A DNA stretch of 64,000 bases from Octopus vulgaris (Eukaryota), in contig OX597826.1 of the NCBI GenBank assembly GCA_951406725.2, forward strand, positions 51,088,001 to 51,152,000, written 5' to 3'. Each line of letters opens with the position of its first letter. Position 1 is the first letter of the stretch. A model generated the notes under the pieces. It saw nothing but the letters and a program-made list of their open reading frames with translations. It searched no databases and was not told the origin of the DNA. Position numbers and translations under genes: made by a program. Positions 1 to 12,358 of this stretch are shown in pieces.

Positions 1-103
1 GCCCGAGGCTATAGTAGAAGACGCTTGCCCAAGGTGCTACGCAGTGGGACTGAACCCGGAACCATGTGGTTGGTAAACAAGCTACTTACCACACAGCCAC
101 TCC
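1..103 (-). mobile_element. SINE family A (tRNA-derived, CORE-like), 5' part
   Basis: Reverse complement of GGAGTGGCTGTGTGGTAAG...GGTTCAGTCCC...GGCACCTTGGGCAAG, shared with many copies in the window. Confidence 0.85.
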
Positions 104-766
104 TTCGCTTGTATCATTAATTAAACAATATATAGTTTATTCACAGCATAGCTTTAATAAGAAGAACTGAAATAAATGTAAATATGAATATCAGAAGATA
201 TTAGCTTTGAGGGGAATAAGAACACAAGCATATTCAGCTTTACTTTGATGTGTCAACAAAAAATGGCTGTGAAACTTCTGATAATCCATCTCACAGCTCA
301 TTGTAGTCTAAACATAAAATATACCAGAAATCCTTTTGTTACCATGTTCCTATTGAAATACTGTGCTCTTTGTTTCAAGGAATTATGGAAATGATGAAGT
401 GTACAGTAAAATAGCTTTGTCATTATAAACTGGAGTTTGGAACATGAATTAAAATAGCATTTTGTGTAAGGTTTTAATTTAGGTCACTTTCAAACAAGAA
501 GTTTGTATTATAAAACCTGGAGTGGCCTCAGGCAAATTTATTTCATAAAGATTAACCCCTGTAACTCAGAATGAAGTTGTTATAGTAAATGTCAGCTATA
601 GTGAGAATAACTGTATCTTTTCTTTGTCAGCCAAATTCTTGCAAAATTGTAATAAAGTGGGTTTTATAAATAGCCAGCATATTCAGGGTGTATAGTTGGC
701 TGAGTTAGTAGGGTACTTGACTACCAGTTAAAGGGCTGATAGTCCATAGCTGGTAGTCTAGCTTGT

Positions 767-915
767 TTCAGTTTCTACCTGCCAAATACACTCACAAGGC
801 TTTTGTTAGCCTGGGGCTATAGTAGAAGATGCTTGTCTAAGGTGTTGCACAGTGGAGCTGAACCCTAAACTATATAGTTGAGAAGTGAACAACTTGACCA
901 TACAGCTATGCTGGT
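767..915 (-). mobile_element. SINE family A, degenerate fragment
   Basis: Diverged match (cactcacaaggct...ctatagtagaaga...). Confidence 0.65.
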
Positions 916-1276
916 ACCTTATCTACACAGTAATATCTGCATTAAAAGCAAAGTCTCTTTTAGCTGCAGCTCAAAGAGAGATGTCCTTAGCCTAGCTGAT
1001 ATTTACTCCAGCTCTCCTCTCTCGAGCACCTATAATCTTCAGTGTTATTCCTCCACCAAACCAATTATTTCTTACAAGCCTCATCCTCAATACACCACAG
1101 CTATTATCCCACACATTCACTGTTTCTTCTCCAGCTCTTCTACTGTTCATACAACAGTTTCTGTTCCTTCCATGAGCTAATCTACTATTAACCACTCCTA
1201 TCCAGGCACGCTTGACATCCCTTGTTTTCTTCTCATCTTCTCTATTGTGTCTCATTCCTGAAATCCTGTACTCTGT

Positions 1277-1664
1277 TACTTGTTTCAGTCATTTGACTGT
1301 GGCCATGCTGGAGCACCGCCTTTAGTCGAGCAAATCGTCCCCAGGACCTATTCTTTGTAAGCCCAGTACTTAGTCTATTGGTCTCTTTTGCCGAACCGCT
1401 AAGTTACGGGGACGTAAACACACCAGCATCGGTTGTCAAGCGATGTTGGGGGGACAAACACAGACATACAAACATATACACACACACACACACATATCCG
1501 ATGGGCTTCTTTCAGTTTCCGTCTACCAAATCCACTCACAAGGCTTTGGTCAGCCCGAGGCTATAGTAGAAGACACTTGCCCAAGGTGCCACGCAGTGGG
1601 ACTGAACCCGGAACCATGTGGTTGTTAAGCAAGCTACTTATCACACAGCCACTCCTACGCCTAT
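1277..1664 (-). mobile_element. SINE family A, near full length with internal (CA)n
   Basis: A/B-box-like head, CORE-like GGCACCTTGGGCAAGTG segment, internal microsatellite and tail ...CAGTCAAATGACTGAAACAAGTAA. Confidence 0.9.
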
Positions 1665-2199
1665 AAAGTTATACTAAATATTTTCTGGGGCCTTTCTCCT
1701 ATCCCTGAAATTCTCTGCCTATTTGTATTTTCCTATGGGTGCCACTACCCATACAAGATGAATCTAGTCTTTTAAATACATCCAGTATCTTAAAATAAGC
1801 TTTTTATTCCTCCACCTTGTCGTCATCACCACTATCATCACCACCACCACCACCACCACCTCCACCACCTCTATACTCCTACCACTACTATAAAAAGATA
1901 GAGTACAAAAATAAAACAAAATAAAACATTGCTACCTTAATTTTTTTGGTACTAGGCTAATTCATTGTACTTTATAATATAAACTCACCAAAGTACAAGG
2001 CCTATTTAAATGAAATTCTTTCTAGGAATGCAGTAACCTGATTTACTTTATTGAATCCTTTGGAATTCTGCCTGAAAGCTTTTTTTTCCCATGATAATTT
2101 CATAGAATTTCATAGTTCTGCAGAAATATTCATTTTCATTAATTTCAAAGATAATTAAGAATTTAGTAAAATAAGAGTGTCATTAATAATCCAATATGA

Positions 2200-2385
2200 A
2201 GGTGGCAAGCTGGGCAAAATGCTTAGCAACATTTTGTCCATATTTACGATCTGAGTTCAAATGCTACTGAGGTTGACTTTGTCTTTCAGCCTTCTGAGGT
2301 CAGTACCAGTTGTACACTGGGGTCAATTTCATTGACTTACTCCCTCCCCGAAATTGCTGGCCTTGTGCCAAAATTTGAAACTTAT
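2200..2385 (+). mobile_element. SINE family B, degenerate
   Basis: ggtggcaagctgg...gagttcaaat...gaggttgactttgtctttcagcc...ggccttgtgcc matches family B copies. Confidence 0.65.
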
Positions 2386-2700
2386 TAATCTGATGTTTGG
2401 AGTAAAAATAAACATGGAACTTTGTTGAAAGTTTTTCTAATTTAGATCACTTTAAAACAGGGAATTGGTATCAGCGGACCAAGGGTGGTATCAAAAAAAG
2501 TTAAGTACTTGGTCAAAGGGTAGCAAGAATTACAGATTGTGTAACTTAAATGTATTTTGGTATTTAGTCAAATATATATAATGTATCTAGGTATTTATGT
2601 ATGTATATATAATTTTGTATTTTGGTATTTAGTCACATATATATAATGTATTTAGGTATTTATGTATGTATATATAATTTTCCTAATCTTTTATCTTCAG

Positions 2701-2954
2701 CATTCATCTGTTGCGAAGCTCCAGTTTAGATATGGCTGCACGACGGAATTCTTCCCGGGCGGATAAGAAGATAGTACATACCGATGATGATGATGATGAT
2801 GATGATGAGGATGAGCACGATGAAGATGACGAAGAGGAAGAAGAAGATGTATTTGATGTTCATCGACAGGACAACTTCCATCCTTCATGGAGTATACGGT
2901 GTCCGAAAATGCAGTTGTCAAAATTATTGAAATCTGGACACTCAGACTGTTACA
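2701..2954 (+). CDS. IP6K: Inositol hexakisphosphate kinase, internal coding exon (upstream exons lie outside the window)
   Basis: Acceptor ttttatcttcAG ends at 2700. Frame reads IHLLRSSSLDM...acidic tract...HPSWSIRCPKMQLSKL...DCY, resembling the IP6K 'NPWSLRCHKQQL' segment. Donor GTATCCTTT at 2955. Phase-1 join with the next exon gives YKFILLENV. Confidence 0.85.
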
Positions 2955-3028
2955 GTATCCTTTTGTTCTGTTGTATATCTTAACTATTATGTACATCACT
3001 TTTATTCCGTGTTGTCTTTTATTTCCAT

Positions 3029-3250
3029 AGAGGCAATGACGGGCCTCACAGAGACAATGACAGGCCTCACAGAGGCAATGACACTTGGCCTCACAGAGGC
3101 AATGACACCTGGCCTCTCAGAGGCAATGACACCTGGCCTCACAGAGGCAATGACACCTGGCCTCACAGAGGCAATGACACCTGGCCTCACAGAGTCAATG
3201 ACACCTGGCCTCACAGAGGCAATGACACCTGGCCTCACAGAGGCAATGAC
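3029..3250. repeat. 24-bp minisatellite (AGAGGCAATGACACCTGGCCTCAC), about 9 copies
   Basis: Direct tandem units seen; the first two are shorter variants. Confidence 0.9.
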
Positions 3251-3609
3251 AAAATACCAAGACCTCTGGCGGTATGCTGTGACTGAGAAGACCCGGCAAA
3301 TAAAGTGAGTTCACAGCTGTAACCTACACCAGTGTCGCATAAACAGCCCACTCAAAAGTACCTTGGATTGTAGGGTGACATGCCATGCTTGAGGAGACCT
3401 ATTGAGTCAAGTACATCAACATCAAAATGAAATCAAATAGAAATTGTAGTTGTGACCTCCATGCCGGTAGCATGTAAAAAGCACCATCCGAACATGGCTG
3501 ATACCAGTACTGCTTTGACTGGCTTCTGTGCTGGTAGCACGTAAAAAGCACCATCTGATCATTAACAAGGTAGTGGTATTCAGTGGATTGAAAGAAAATG
3601 AGGCAGCTG

Positions 3610-3790
3610 TTTTATGGTCTTTTGATCTGCTAGAAACAGCAACTATATCTTCAAATGAAACTGTAATGTCTTATAAAAAACGCTGAAGGACACATTGAAT
3701 AATGTAGTCTTGGTTATACAAATAGACAGGATGGTCATAGTTGGAACACTGTTGATGATCAGGACTGACATGTGTTGCTAAACAGCAACA
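3610..3790 (+). repeat. Unclassified ~200-bp interspersed repeat (family D)
   Basis: gatctgctagaaacagcaac...ggatggtcat...aacagcaacaa. Related copies near 7770-7990, 29170-29380 and 62800-62970. Confidence 0.5.
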
Positions 3791-3952
3791 ACTGACATAA
3801 TGTCCAAGATTTTTTGTGATAAGTAATAAAATTATAGAATTGAATATTTATCTACTTTGCAGTAAATTGAATGTTTTTATCCATGAAGACTCTCTGTTAG
3901 TCGTTCACCAAAACATTATGACCCCTTGAACATTTCAACAATTCCTCTAGTT

Positions 3953-4344
3953 TGTAGCGGCACAAGCAGTCAGCGCCATATTGGATAAGATCTCATGGCA
4001 GCCATTGCCATCTATGAGATCTCACCTGCATCCATTTGCCATGTGCGAGATCACGAGGCTCATGATGGCAAACTGTATATAACGGCAAAACAGATTCACT
4101 CTTTTCTCTCCGCTTCTTCGCAGCAGTGCTTGCTGAGCACACGTCACTGGCTGGGCCTGTTGCATGTTGTATCTCTAGAGGCAATGTACCCACACTAATG
4201 GAGATACAACATCATGCACACAGCTCGAGATGGTTGCTGAGAGCAACGCACTTCACTTGTTCTGTGAAACTTGTAAATAAACCGGTTATAAATTGCGTTT
4301 GTACTTAAAAACTTCTTTCTTTGCCTACCGGAGCCTGAACTACA
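3953..4344 (+). mobile_element. Candidate solo LTR inside the U12 intron
   Basis: TGTAG...CTACA termini, internal TATA-like (~4075) and AATAAA (~4276). No TSD found. Confidence 0.4.
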
Positions 4345-4483
4345 TGAAGAACAAGATATAATGGGAGAAGGCGATATTCACTCGGTATCGTAAACCTTGC
4401 CTTCCATTATAAGTTTGTATAAGAATTGGCTTTATATGCTCCATAAAGATTACACAATGTGTTCCTTAACCATATCTCTACAG

Positions 4484-4659
4484 AATTTATATTGTTGGAG
4501 AATGTTGCTGCCAAGTTCCATTATCCTTGTGTTCTTGATCTTAAGATGGGTCCACGACAACATGGAGATGATCAGTCTGAAGAGAAGAAACAGAAAAAGA
4601 TTTTACGGTGTAAAGAAAGTACATCAAGTTCTCTTGGCGTCAGAGTCTGTGGAATGAAG
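4484..4659 (+). CDS. IP6K: IP6K coding exon carrying the PxxxDxKxG inositol-phosphate-binding motif
   Basis: Translates [29 protein letters not shown]...[25 protein letters not shown]. Acceptor ctacAG at 4482-4483, donor GTGAGA at 4660. Confidence 0.95.
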
Positions 4660-4794
4660 GTGAGATTATTTATATTCTGTTTTTTTTTTTACTATTTCCC
4701 ATTTTCCATTCTTTAACTTAATACTTACTTAGTTCTTGGACATCCAAGTATGCCTTATATACAATGCAGTAGCTTTAATGAATAAATCTAACAT

Positions 4795-4965
4795 GGGTGC
4801 AAGCCTGATTGTGCGGTAAGAAGCTTGTTTCCCAACCACATGGTTTCGGGTTCAGTCCCACTGTGTGGCACACTTGGGCAAGTGTCTTCTACTATAGCTC
4901 TGGGCTGATCAAAGCCTTGTGAGTGTATTTGGTGGATGGAAACTGAAGGAAGCCTGTCATATATG
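4795..4965 (+). mobile_element. SINE family A, 5' half
   Basis: ccaaccacatggtttcgggttcagtcccactg...cttgggcaagtgtcttctactatagc. Confidence 0.8.
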
Positions 4966-4974
4966 TGTTTGTAG

Positions 4975-5407
<433 letters not shown>

Positions 5408-5526
5408 GTTATTATTATTATTATTATCATCATTATTATTATTTCCCTTTCCTTGTTATAAACCAGTATAAATATTGTTCTGGTTTTGCTAATCAAAACT
5501 TTTTTCCTTCTTTTCTGTTTCTTCAG

Positions 5527-6069
5527 GTTTACCATGTAGATAAAGGGCAGTATGTGTACCAAGACAAGTATGATGGCCGTTCTTTGAATGTTGAAGGTTT
5601 CAAAGAGACTCTGTACAAGTTCTTACACAACGGTGTTGAGGCACGTCTTGATTTAATTGAACCTATTATTTGGCGGCTAAAGCAGCTGTATAAAATGGTT
5701 GAAAAGCGAGATACATTCCGATTTTATACCAGCTCGTTACTGGTCATGTATGATGGCTTAACAGAAACACCAAGTAGTCGTCATCATCATCACCATCATC
5801 ATCACCATCATCATCACACTTCTCTACTGGATAACAGTTCGCCAGAAGAACACAGTTATGGAATGAAACATGTGTGGCATGACCACTATCCTGAAGTGGA
5901 AGTACGCATGATTGATTTTGCACATTCCACTCACCGTGGGTTCCGTGAAGACAAGATCACTCACCGAGGCCCCGACCAAGGATATTTATTTGGACTTAGT
6001 AATCTCATTCTTTCTTTTAAGGAAGTTCTCGATCGTTATTCCCCCAGTTGCCAACAATGCCACAGCTGA
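5527..6069 (+). CDS. IP6K: IP6K terminal coding exon with SSLL and IDFAH motifs and stop codon
   Basis: Polypyrimidine acceptor cttcAG ends at 5526, phase 0. Reads VYHVDKGQYVYQDKYDGRSL...FRFYTSSLLVMYDG...VRMIDFAH...GPDQGYLFGLSNLI, TGA at 6067-6069. Confidence 0.96.
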   Translation, partial: VYHVDKGQYVYQDKYDGRSLNVEGFKETLYKFLHNGVEARLDLIEPIIWRLKQLYKMVEKRDTFRFYTSSLLVMYDGLTETPSSRHHHHHHHHHHHHTSLLDNSSPEEHSYGMKHVWHDHYPEVEVRMIDFAHSTHRGFREDKITHRGPDQGYLFGLSNLILSFKEVLDRYSPSCQQCHS

Positions 6070-8917
6070 TATGAACTGGGTAGAGCATGCAAGAAAAAGA
6101 AAATGTAAACCAAGAAGCTATGCCAGAAAGGATCTTCATTGTTAACTCTTTAAATAGAACAGAAGATAAACTATACTGTTGCATTAAAGAACTCTTAGAG
6201 ATCAGTATGTGAAGAATCTTCTAGAATGTAAAAAAAAATTGAAATAACAGAATGGAAAAAAAAATGGCCCTGAACGAATAAACCACTATATGTAGCACTT
6301 ACATTCACATGGTGAACTGCAGGGTTAATGATAACAATAATTGAAGGTTAGCAAATCTAAGAATTCTTTACCATATCAGTGATCTAAAGACGAATGGATG
6401 TTGCATTCTGGGACTGATATGAGTAAAAGAAAAAAGAAAACAAACCCCAAAATGGCATAGTCCAGTAGCTTCATACAATGGAATACACACCTTAGCTGCC
6501 AATATTTGCAGTGATTTCTTGCCATTTTAGCACCAAGTTACTTTTCTTTCTAGGTGTCCCTGTGTGCCGACCCTGAAAAGTAGCAATTGCTAAGATTAGT
6601 ACCTGGATCAAATTAAGTTGACCTCACGGGTTATTATTATTATTATCATTATTATTATCATTATTATTATTATTATTTTAATTTTATTTTATTTCTATTT
6701 TATGAACTTCAGTTAATAACATGTCTTTTTTTTTTTTGTAATGTGATAAAAAAAGAATTAAAAAAATAGTGAAAGGATCAAAATTCTTAGACTGAGAGCA
6801 ATGTTGAGTTATGAACACTGCAAAGAATATATTGATCCAAATCTTGCAACTTATCTGTATCAGAAGAGATTTGCAAAACAAGACAATAATAATAATAATA
6901 ATAAAAAAAAAATGAATGTAAAAAAAAAAAAAAGAGTTGAAATACAAGGGAAATATTTTCATGGGATTGAAATGAAACAATGAACTTGACTGGAACAATT
7001 CTTCCTCATGAAACTACTAACATGTTTTAGTTTCTTTGACAGTTTTTTTTTTTTTTCGAAATAGTCCACAAACTAGTTCGACTTGTTGGTAATTTGTCCA
7101 AACGTTATTTGTCTCTCTTTCTCCCTTTCCTCTCCAGACTAAACGAACATTTTAAGACACAGACAGGTATTTCCTGAACGAGAACAATGGCAATAACGAA
7201 GAGCGTCTAGGTGACAACATATCTAAAAAGATGACGATGATAACAATAATCTACTTATTGTCTTGGGGGAGATGAAAACTGTCGAAAATAAACAGAAATA
7301 TTGGTGAATGTTCAAATCAACATTTTTAAAGGGTCGAGTTTGCTGAATCAAGGATTTGGGTTTTTTTTTTTAAAAAAAAAGAATTAAATTTTTTTTTTCG
7401 GGAGGTAATTGTTGGTTTTAGTTTCTATATTTTTAAATTCCTTTAAAATATTCCACAATCTTAACCCTATCACAAGAAATGCTTGTTTCTGTGAAACATC
7501 AGACAAATATGTAATAATACTAACTAGGATGTGGCTTTGGTGGCCACGAACTCCTGTATTTTAGTTTTGTCTGTTTGAGTAGGTTTGTAGTCTTCATGTT
7601 TTGTGTTTGTACATGGGACATATATGAACTTATTTACTTATTGAACTCTGTGTCAGCAGAACAAATATAAAATACAGAATTAGTCTTGTTAGAATTATAC
7701 CTCTGCCAAAGTCTATCTCCTTTGTATCTATATTAATGCTGTTATGGATCAGGAATTTCTTATGCATATAAGACTTTCCTCTATGTGGTTGCTTGACCTG
7801 CTAGAAATAGCAATGAATCTCTCTCAAATTACACTCTGCTGTATTAAAGAATGAACATCACATGGACAGTGTTGTCCAAGGTATATATATATATATTTAT
7901 ACACACAGAAAGATGGAATAGTCATTGCTGGAAAGCCTTTGATAATAGGTCTGCTCGATCAAAACAGTCCCCAAGATATACAACAACTACCACTTTCAAG
8001 AGAACACATATATATATATTCATGTGGTGGAAATTGATCCTCTCCGAGCTGCATGTAATAAGTTGAAGGATCGCATATATGTCTCCGTGTGAGAGAATAT
8101 ATGACAAAAAGAAAAGCAAAACAAATACAAACACACAGATAAAGTAATGGCGAGGTGTTAGTAGTAGTACTACTACAGTTAGTCCTCTGTATCATTAGTT
8201 AGTTCATCATGTGAGTATGTGTACCATTAGTTAGTTCAGTATCGGTCTTGCTCCCAGTAATTGTGTGCCAGCTTGCAAGCAGAACAAATTATAAAACTAT
8301 GGCCAATTGCTGTGGGGTTTTCTCCCCTTTCTTCCATTTAGAACAAACTTACTTTGTACAGGGCCCTCTTAATGATTTTATTAGTTGTCGTTTCACCTAC
8401 AGGAGTGCCATTGACTCATCTCTCTTCAAGGGCAAATAACTATGTTAATAAATAAAAGAGGGGAGGTCTGTGGCACCGATACATTCAACAATCTTCAAGT
8501 ATCCATATAAAGAAAAATAAAAGCAACTGAAAAGAAAATTCAAACTGAAGCGTGAAATGACTTTTCACAAAAAAAAAAAGAGATAAAAAAAGCAAAGCCA
8601 AAAAGGAAACACCCATATACAAAAAAAAGTTAAATGACATATAAAAGTAATGTTTTCCTTTTTAAACTGTGAAAATTCACACTGCTGATCTCTGACCTCT
8701 GCACAAAATTCTCTTCATTTAGTTTGTGAAGTTATAACTCTTTCTCTCTTTTTTTTTCATATTCCTTGTCAGCACACTCTGTCTCTGGTCAAGCGATTTT
8801 AAATTCTCACTATGGCAGGCACCACAATCAGAATGACCAAAATTCATAGTTGGGACGAGATAAAATTATATATATATATATATAAATATATATATATATG
8901 TGTGTGTGTGTATTATA

Positions 8918-8979
<62 letters not shown>

Positions 8980-9540
8980 TACACACACACATGAAGGAAC
9001 AAAGCATAAAATATAAGAGAATATAACTGGAAAAAAAAATGGTTAGCTGTTCAAAGGACGCACAGACATATTAAAGAATGAAAAGAATCATGATCTGGAC
9101 CACTGCCATTTGTCAACTTACCAAATGTACATAGGAACTTCCCCCACCCCCGTCTCATTTTTGCTACCTCTTTTGTTTCCAGACCTCACCTCTTTAACTC
9201 TTATTTCTCTTGCCTCCTCCTCCTTCTCTCTCTCTCGCTCTCTCTTTCACCTTACTACAAACATTATTTTTAATTAGTGTGAGGCTAATTATGTTTCAGG
9301 ACCCTCCTCCCCACACAAATAGGGTCCTATCACATGTTTTTAAAATGTTTTTTTTTTTACTTATTGAATGCTCATTTATTTCTTAAAACTTACAAAAATA
9401 TTAATCTGTTGTTTTCTTGTTTTCATTTCGAAAAAATTTAAATATTGCGTCTTGTGTTCTGTTGTTTGTCTAAATTTATTTTAAAGTGAAATAATTGTTT
9501 GGTATTTTTTACCCATTATATAAACATGTATATATCTACA

Positions 9541-9571
<31 letters not shown>

Positions 9572-10372
9572 GCATACATACGTATATACGCACACATACA
9601 AGCATACCTCAACTTATGTTGGTTATTGGTTCCAAGACATGCGACTTAACTCACAAAGAAAAACAAAAATGACATGACATTAAAAATCATTTTAAAATAT
9701 TTATTAGCATATTTCTTTTTTAATAAATAGTTTGTACATATTATTTTCACATGTATTTTATTTGATCTTCAATTTCAGTATTGGTGTTTTACAAAACAAT
9801 GTTTCTGCTTTTAAATATGTCCACTGAGACTGATGTAAAATCAGATGAATTAACTGAAATTGAGTTTAATTTCTTAAAAAGAAAGACATAAAGCCCAAAA
9901 AGATGTAACCTGAAACAATATAGATTGAGGTATGCCTGTATGTATATATTTATAGAGTAGTAACTTTTGTATGGAAATTCATAAATCCTTTAATGCATTG
10001 TTACATAAGTTTCCACAAACTTCAAGTTTTAGTTGCTGTATTCCCCATACATGGATTTTCATAGCCATCTCATAAAATTACTCTGGAAGATAAGAATGAT
10101 AAGCGGTAGCCAGAATAAATAGCATAGGAGCCTTTTATGAGTGTACTCAAAAACGTTTCACATAAACAAACTTCAAGGATATATATATATATAAATAAAT
10201 AGTTGTGTAGTATATTCCTGGTTATGGTGTATAACAGGTCAGAAAGTTACTATTGGTTTAGGGTCTACTCATGTACTTGGCAATATAGATGACTCGTAAG
10301 ACATACTTGCCAGAAATGTGCTTTATACACACTTTTGACAAGTGGTGCATCTGAGCACTGTATACAATAATT

Positions 10373-10410
<38 letters not shown>

Positions 10411-10500
10411 TTAAATATATATGCATATTTATGCGTCTATATATGTGTGTGTATAGATGATAATGCAAATAAACAAATAAACTGCTTGGGTTATATATAT
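6070..10500 (+). other. Probable long IP6K 3' UTR / downstream region (end uncertain)
   Basis: Follows the stop codon. AU-rich, with several AATAAA (e.g. ~8450) and far fewer young SINEs than flanking DNA. Confidence 0.35.
7770..7990 (+). repeat. Family D interspersed repeat
   Basis: gacctgctagaaatagcaa...gtcattgctggaaagcctttgataataggtctgctcgatc. Confidence 0.5.
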
Positions 10501-11477
10501 ATAAAAATAGAACGCCAATCTTTACCCTGCAGACTTGATCCTTGGTAAAGATTTCGGAGTGTAAGTTGAAATTATTTGAGCACTACTGTCTTCTATATCG
10601 AGCATCTCTCAACTGTTGACTCTCTATATGTATATATATGACAAGAACTTATCTATAGCACAGTGTGTACTACAAAACTTAAGTCACTTTTAAAATAGTT
10701 AAATTCATTTTCAGTCTTTCACAGAATCTTCAGACACGTGAATATACTGCATTTCTCTTGGCGTATCATGATGTTGGTGTTACCAGTTGAAATGAGAGAG
10801 TTGAACAGTGGAAAGGTAGATAATAGATTCTTTAATGAAATTGAAAATAATGGCCTAGCGAGTGTTTTATTTTAGCAAATAATTCATTAATTCTTTGATC
10901 AGGAATTGCTTATGACATTCTTCCATCCAAGGATCATAGATAAAGGGAAATTTGAATTGAAGCAACATTATACACATATGTATTCAAAGGGAGATAATCC
11001 TTCTTTAATGGTAATTGGTGTTACCTCCCTTACTGCGATAGTCCACAAATTACAGACTAAAAATTATATAAATTATGATAAATAGGATAAAAGTGACCCA
11101 GTTCGAATTAGATACATTTATGTATCCAGTATAGTCTTGCGCAAGTACATTCCCACTCACGCCAACAGTTGATAATGCACACTCAGATATTCTATTTTTT
11201 TTTACTCATGTTTGTGTAGGCTTCTTCACAAGACGAATGACGTAGAGCATAAGACATGTTCCACACTCCGTTTTTCCATACTGAGTGGATCCCAAAGTTG
11301 GTACCATATAAATGACACTGTCGTTCGTTCGATAATGTCATTGATTCCAGTGAAGGTATTTCCGCTCGGTTGCTTGGATATCAATGTAATGTGTAAGATT
11401 ATGCTGTGGCTATTTGCTGGATTAAATTATGTTGCTACCTGTTTTATTATAGTGATATTAATAGCATGTTTCCAACA

Positions 11478-11830
11478 AATTCCATTTGCTGTAATTTCTT
11501 CATATAATCAACATCTACTCGTGCAGGATTCAGGCGTCTTGGTCAGTTTCTGACTTGCTACTAGAACCAGCACATATTCTTTTAATCTATATATTGGTAA
11601 GTAGGTCGTTCGGTGTCCGATAATTGGTCATGGCGAGTTTGTGACCAAATAACAAAGAAGTGTTAGGGTTCTGGGTTATTTTTCATACCGGGGAGTAAAA
11701 GTGGTGTTGTACTCATTACCGCGTGGATACGTCACTGAGACTTGTGGGAGTCGTACTAGAGCAGTTACTACGGCACCATTGTATGCTGGGTGTCGAGAAC
11801 GTTTTGTAGTGCAAGGAGACATGCAAATTG
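11478..11830 (-). pseudogene. Possible heavily decayed Deltex-like (RING/DTC) remnant
   Basis: Collinear cross-frame motifs CAICM, LPG/YEK, RTTYLP, GSSSKSETD and EEITANGI resemble the Deltex C-terminal domain. Many stops, frameshifts and deletions. Confidence 0.3.
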
Positions 11831-11954
11831 CGCATAGTGTAAAGAGGAAGGTTATGCAACGAAGTTTATATTCAGCTGATATTAATCTTGTACACAAAAT
11901 TAGTGGTGAAGACATTTCTGTGGTGGTGGGGGTATATTATGTTGGTCTGGAAAT

Positions 11955-11987
<33 letters not shown>

Positions 11988-12094
11988 CACCATCATCGAC
12001 CTTATTTTACGCACGTTTTCAGTGGGTTTGATGGGGCTGGCATTGTCATGATCCAAGTCAGTTCAGCCCTACTTTCTAGAAAATAGTAATAATA

Positions 12095-12358
12095 ATCCTT
12101 TCTACTGAAAGCACAAGGCCCGAAGTTTGGTGGGGAGGGTCCAGTTGATTACATCGACCCCAGTGTTTCACTACTACTTATCTTATCAACCCCGAAAGGA
12201 TGAAGGATCAGTGCATAACTGGTACTTAATTTATCGACACCGAAAGGATGAAAGGCAAAGTCGACCTCGGCGGAATTTGAACTCAGAACATAACAGCAGA
12301 CGAAATACCACTAAGCATTTCGCCCGGCGTGCTAACATTTCTGCCAGCTTGCCGCCTT
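12095..12358 (-). mobile_element. SINE family B
   Basis: Reverse complement of GGCGGCAAGCTGGCAGAA...GAGTTCAAATTCCGCCGAGGTCGACTTTGCCTTTCATCC. Confidence 0.85.

Larger units (their letters stand above)
2955..4483 (+). other. U12-type (minor spliceosome) GT-AG intron of IP6K
   Basis: 5' splice site GTATCCTTT matches the U12 consensus RTATCCTTT. Branch site TTCCTTAAC at 4462-4470 lies ~14 nt before the AG. No polypyrimidine tract. Confidence 0.9.

Noticed and set aside
3002-3308. ORFs with RPGVIASV / TEAMTPGL repeats, or a CRISPR-like array
   Set aside because: Translation of a 24-bp minisatellite; no spacers and no cas genes.
4651-4659. GMK in place of the usual GMQ as an RNA-editing-corrected site
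   Set aside because: A-to-I editing of AAG cannot produce a Gln codon; treated as an ordinary substitution.
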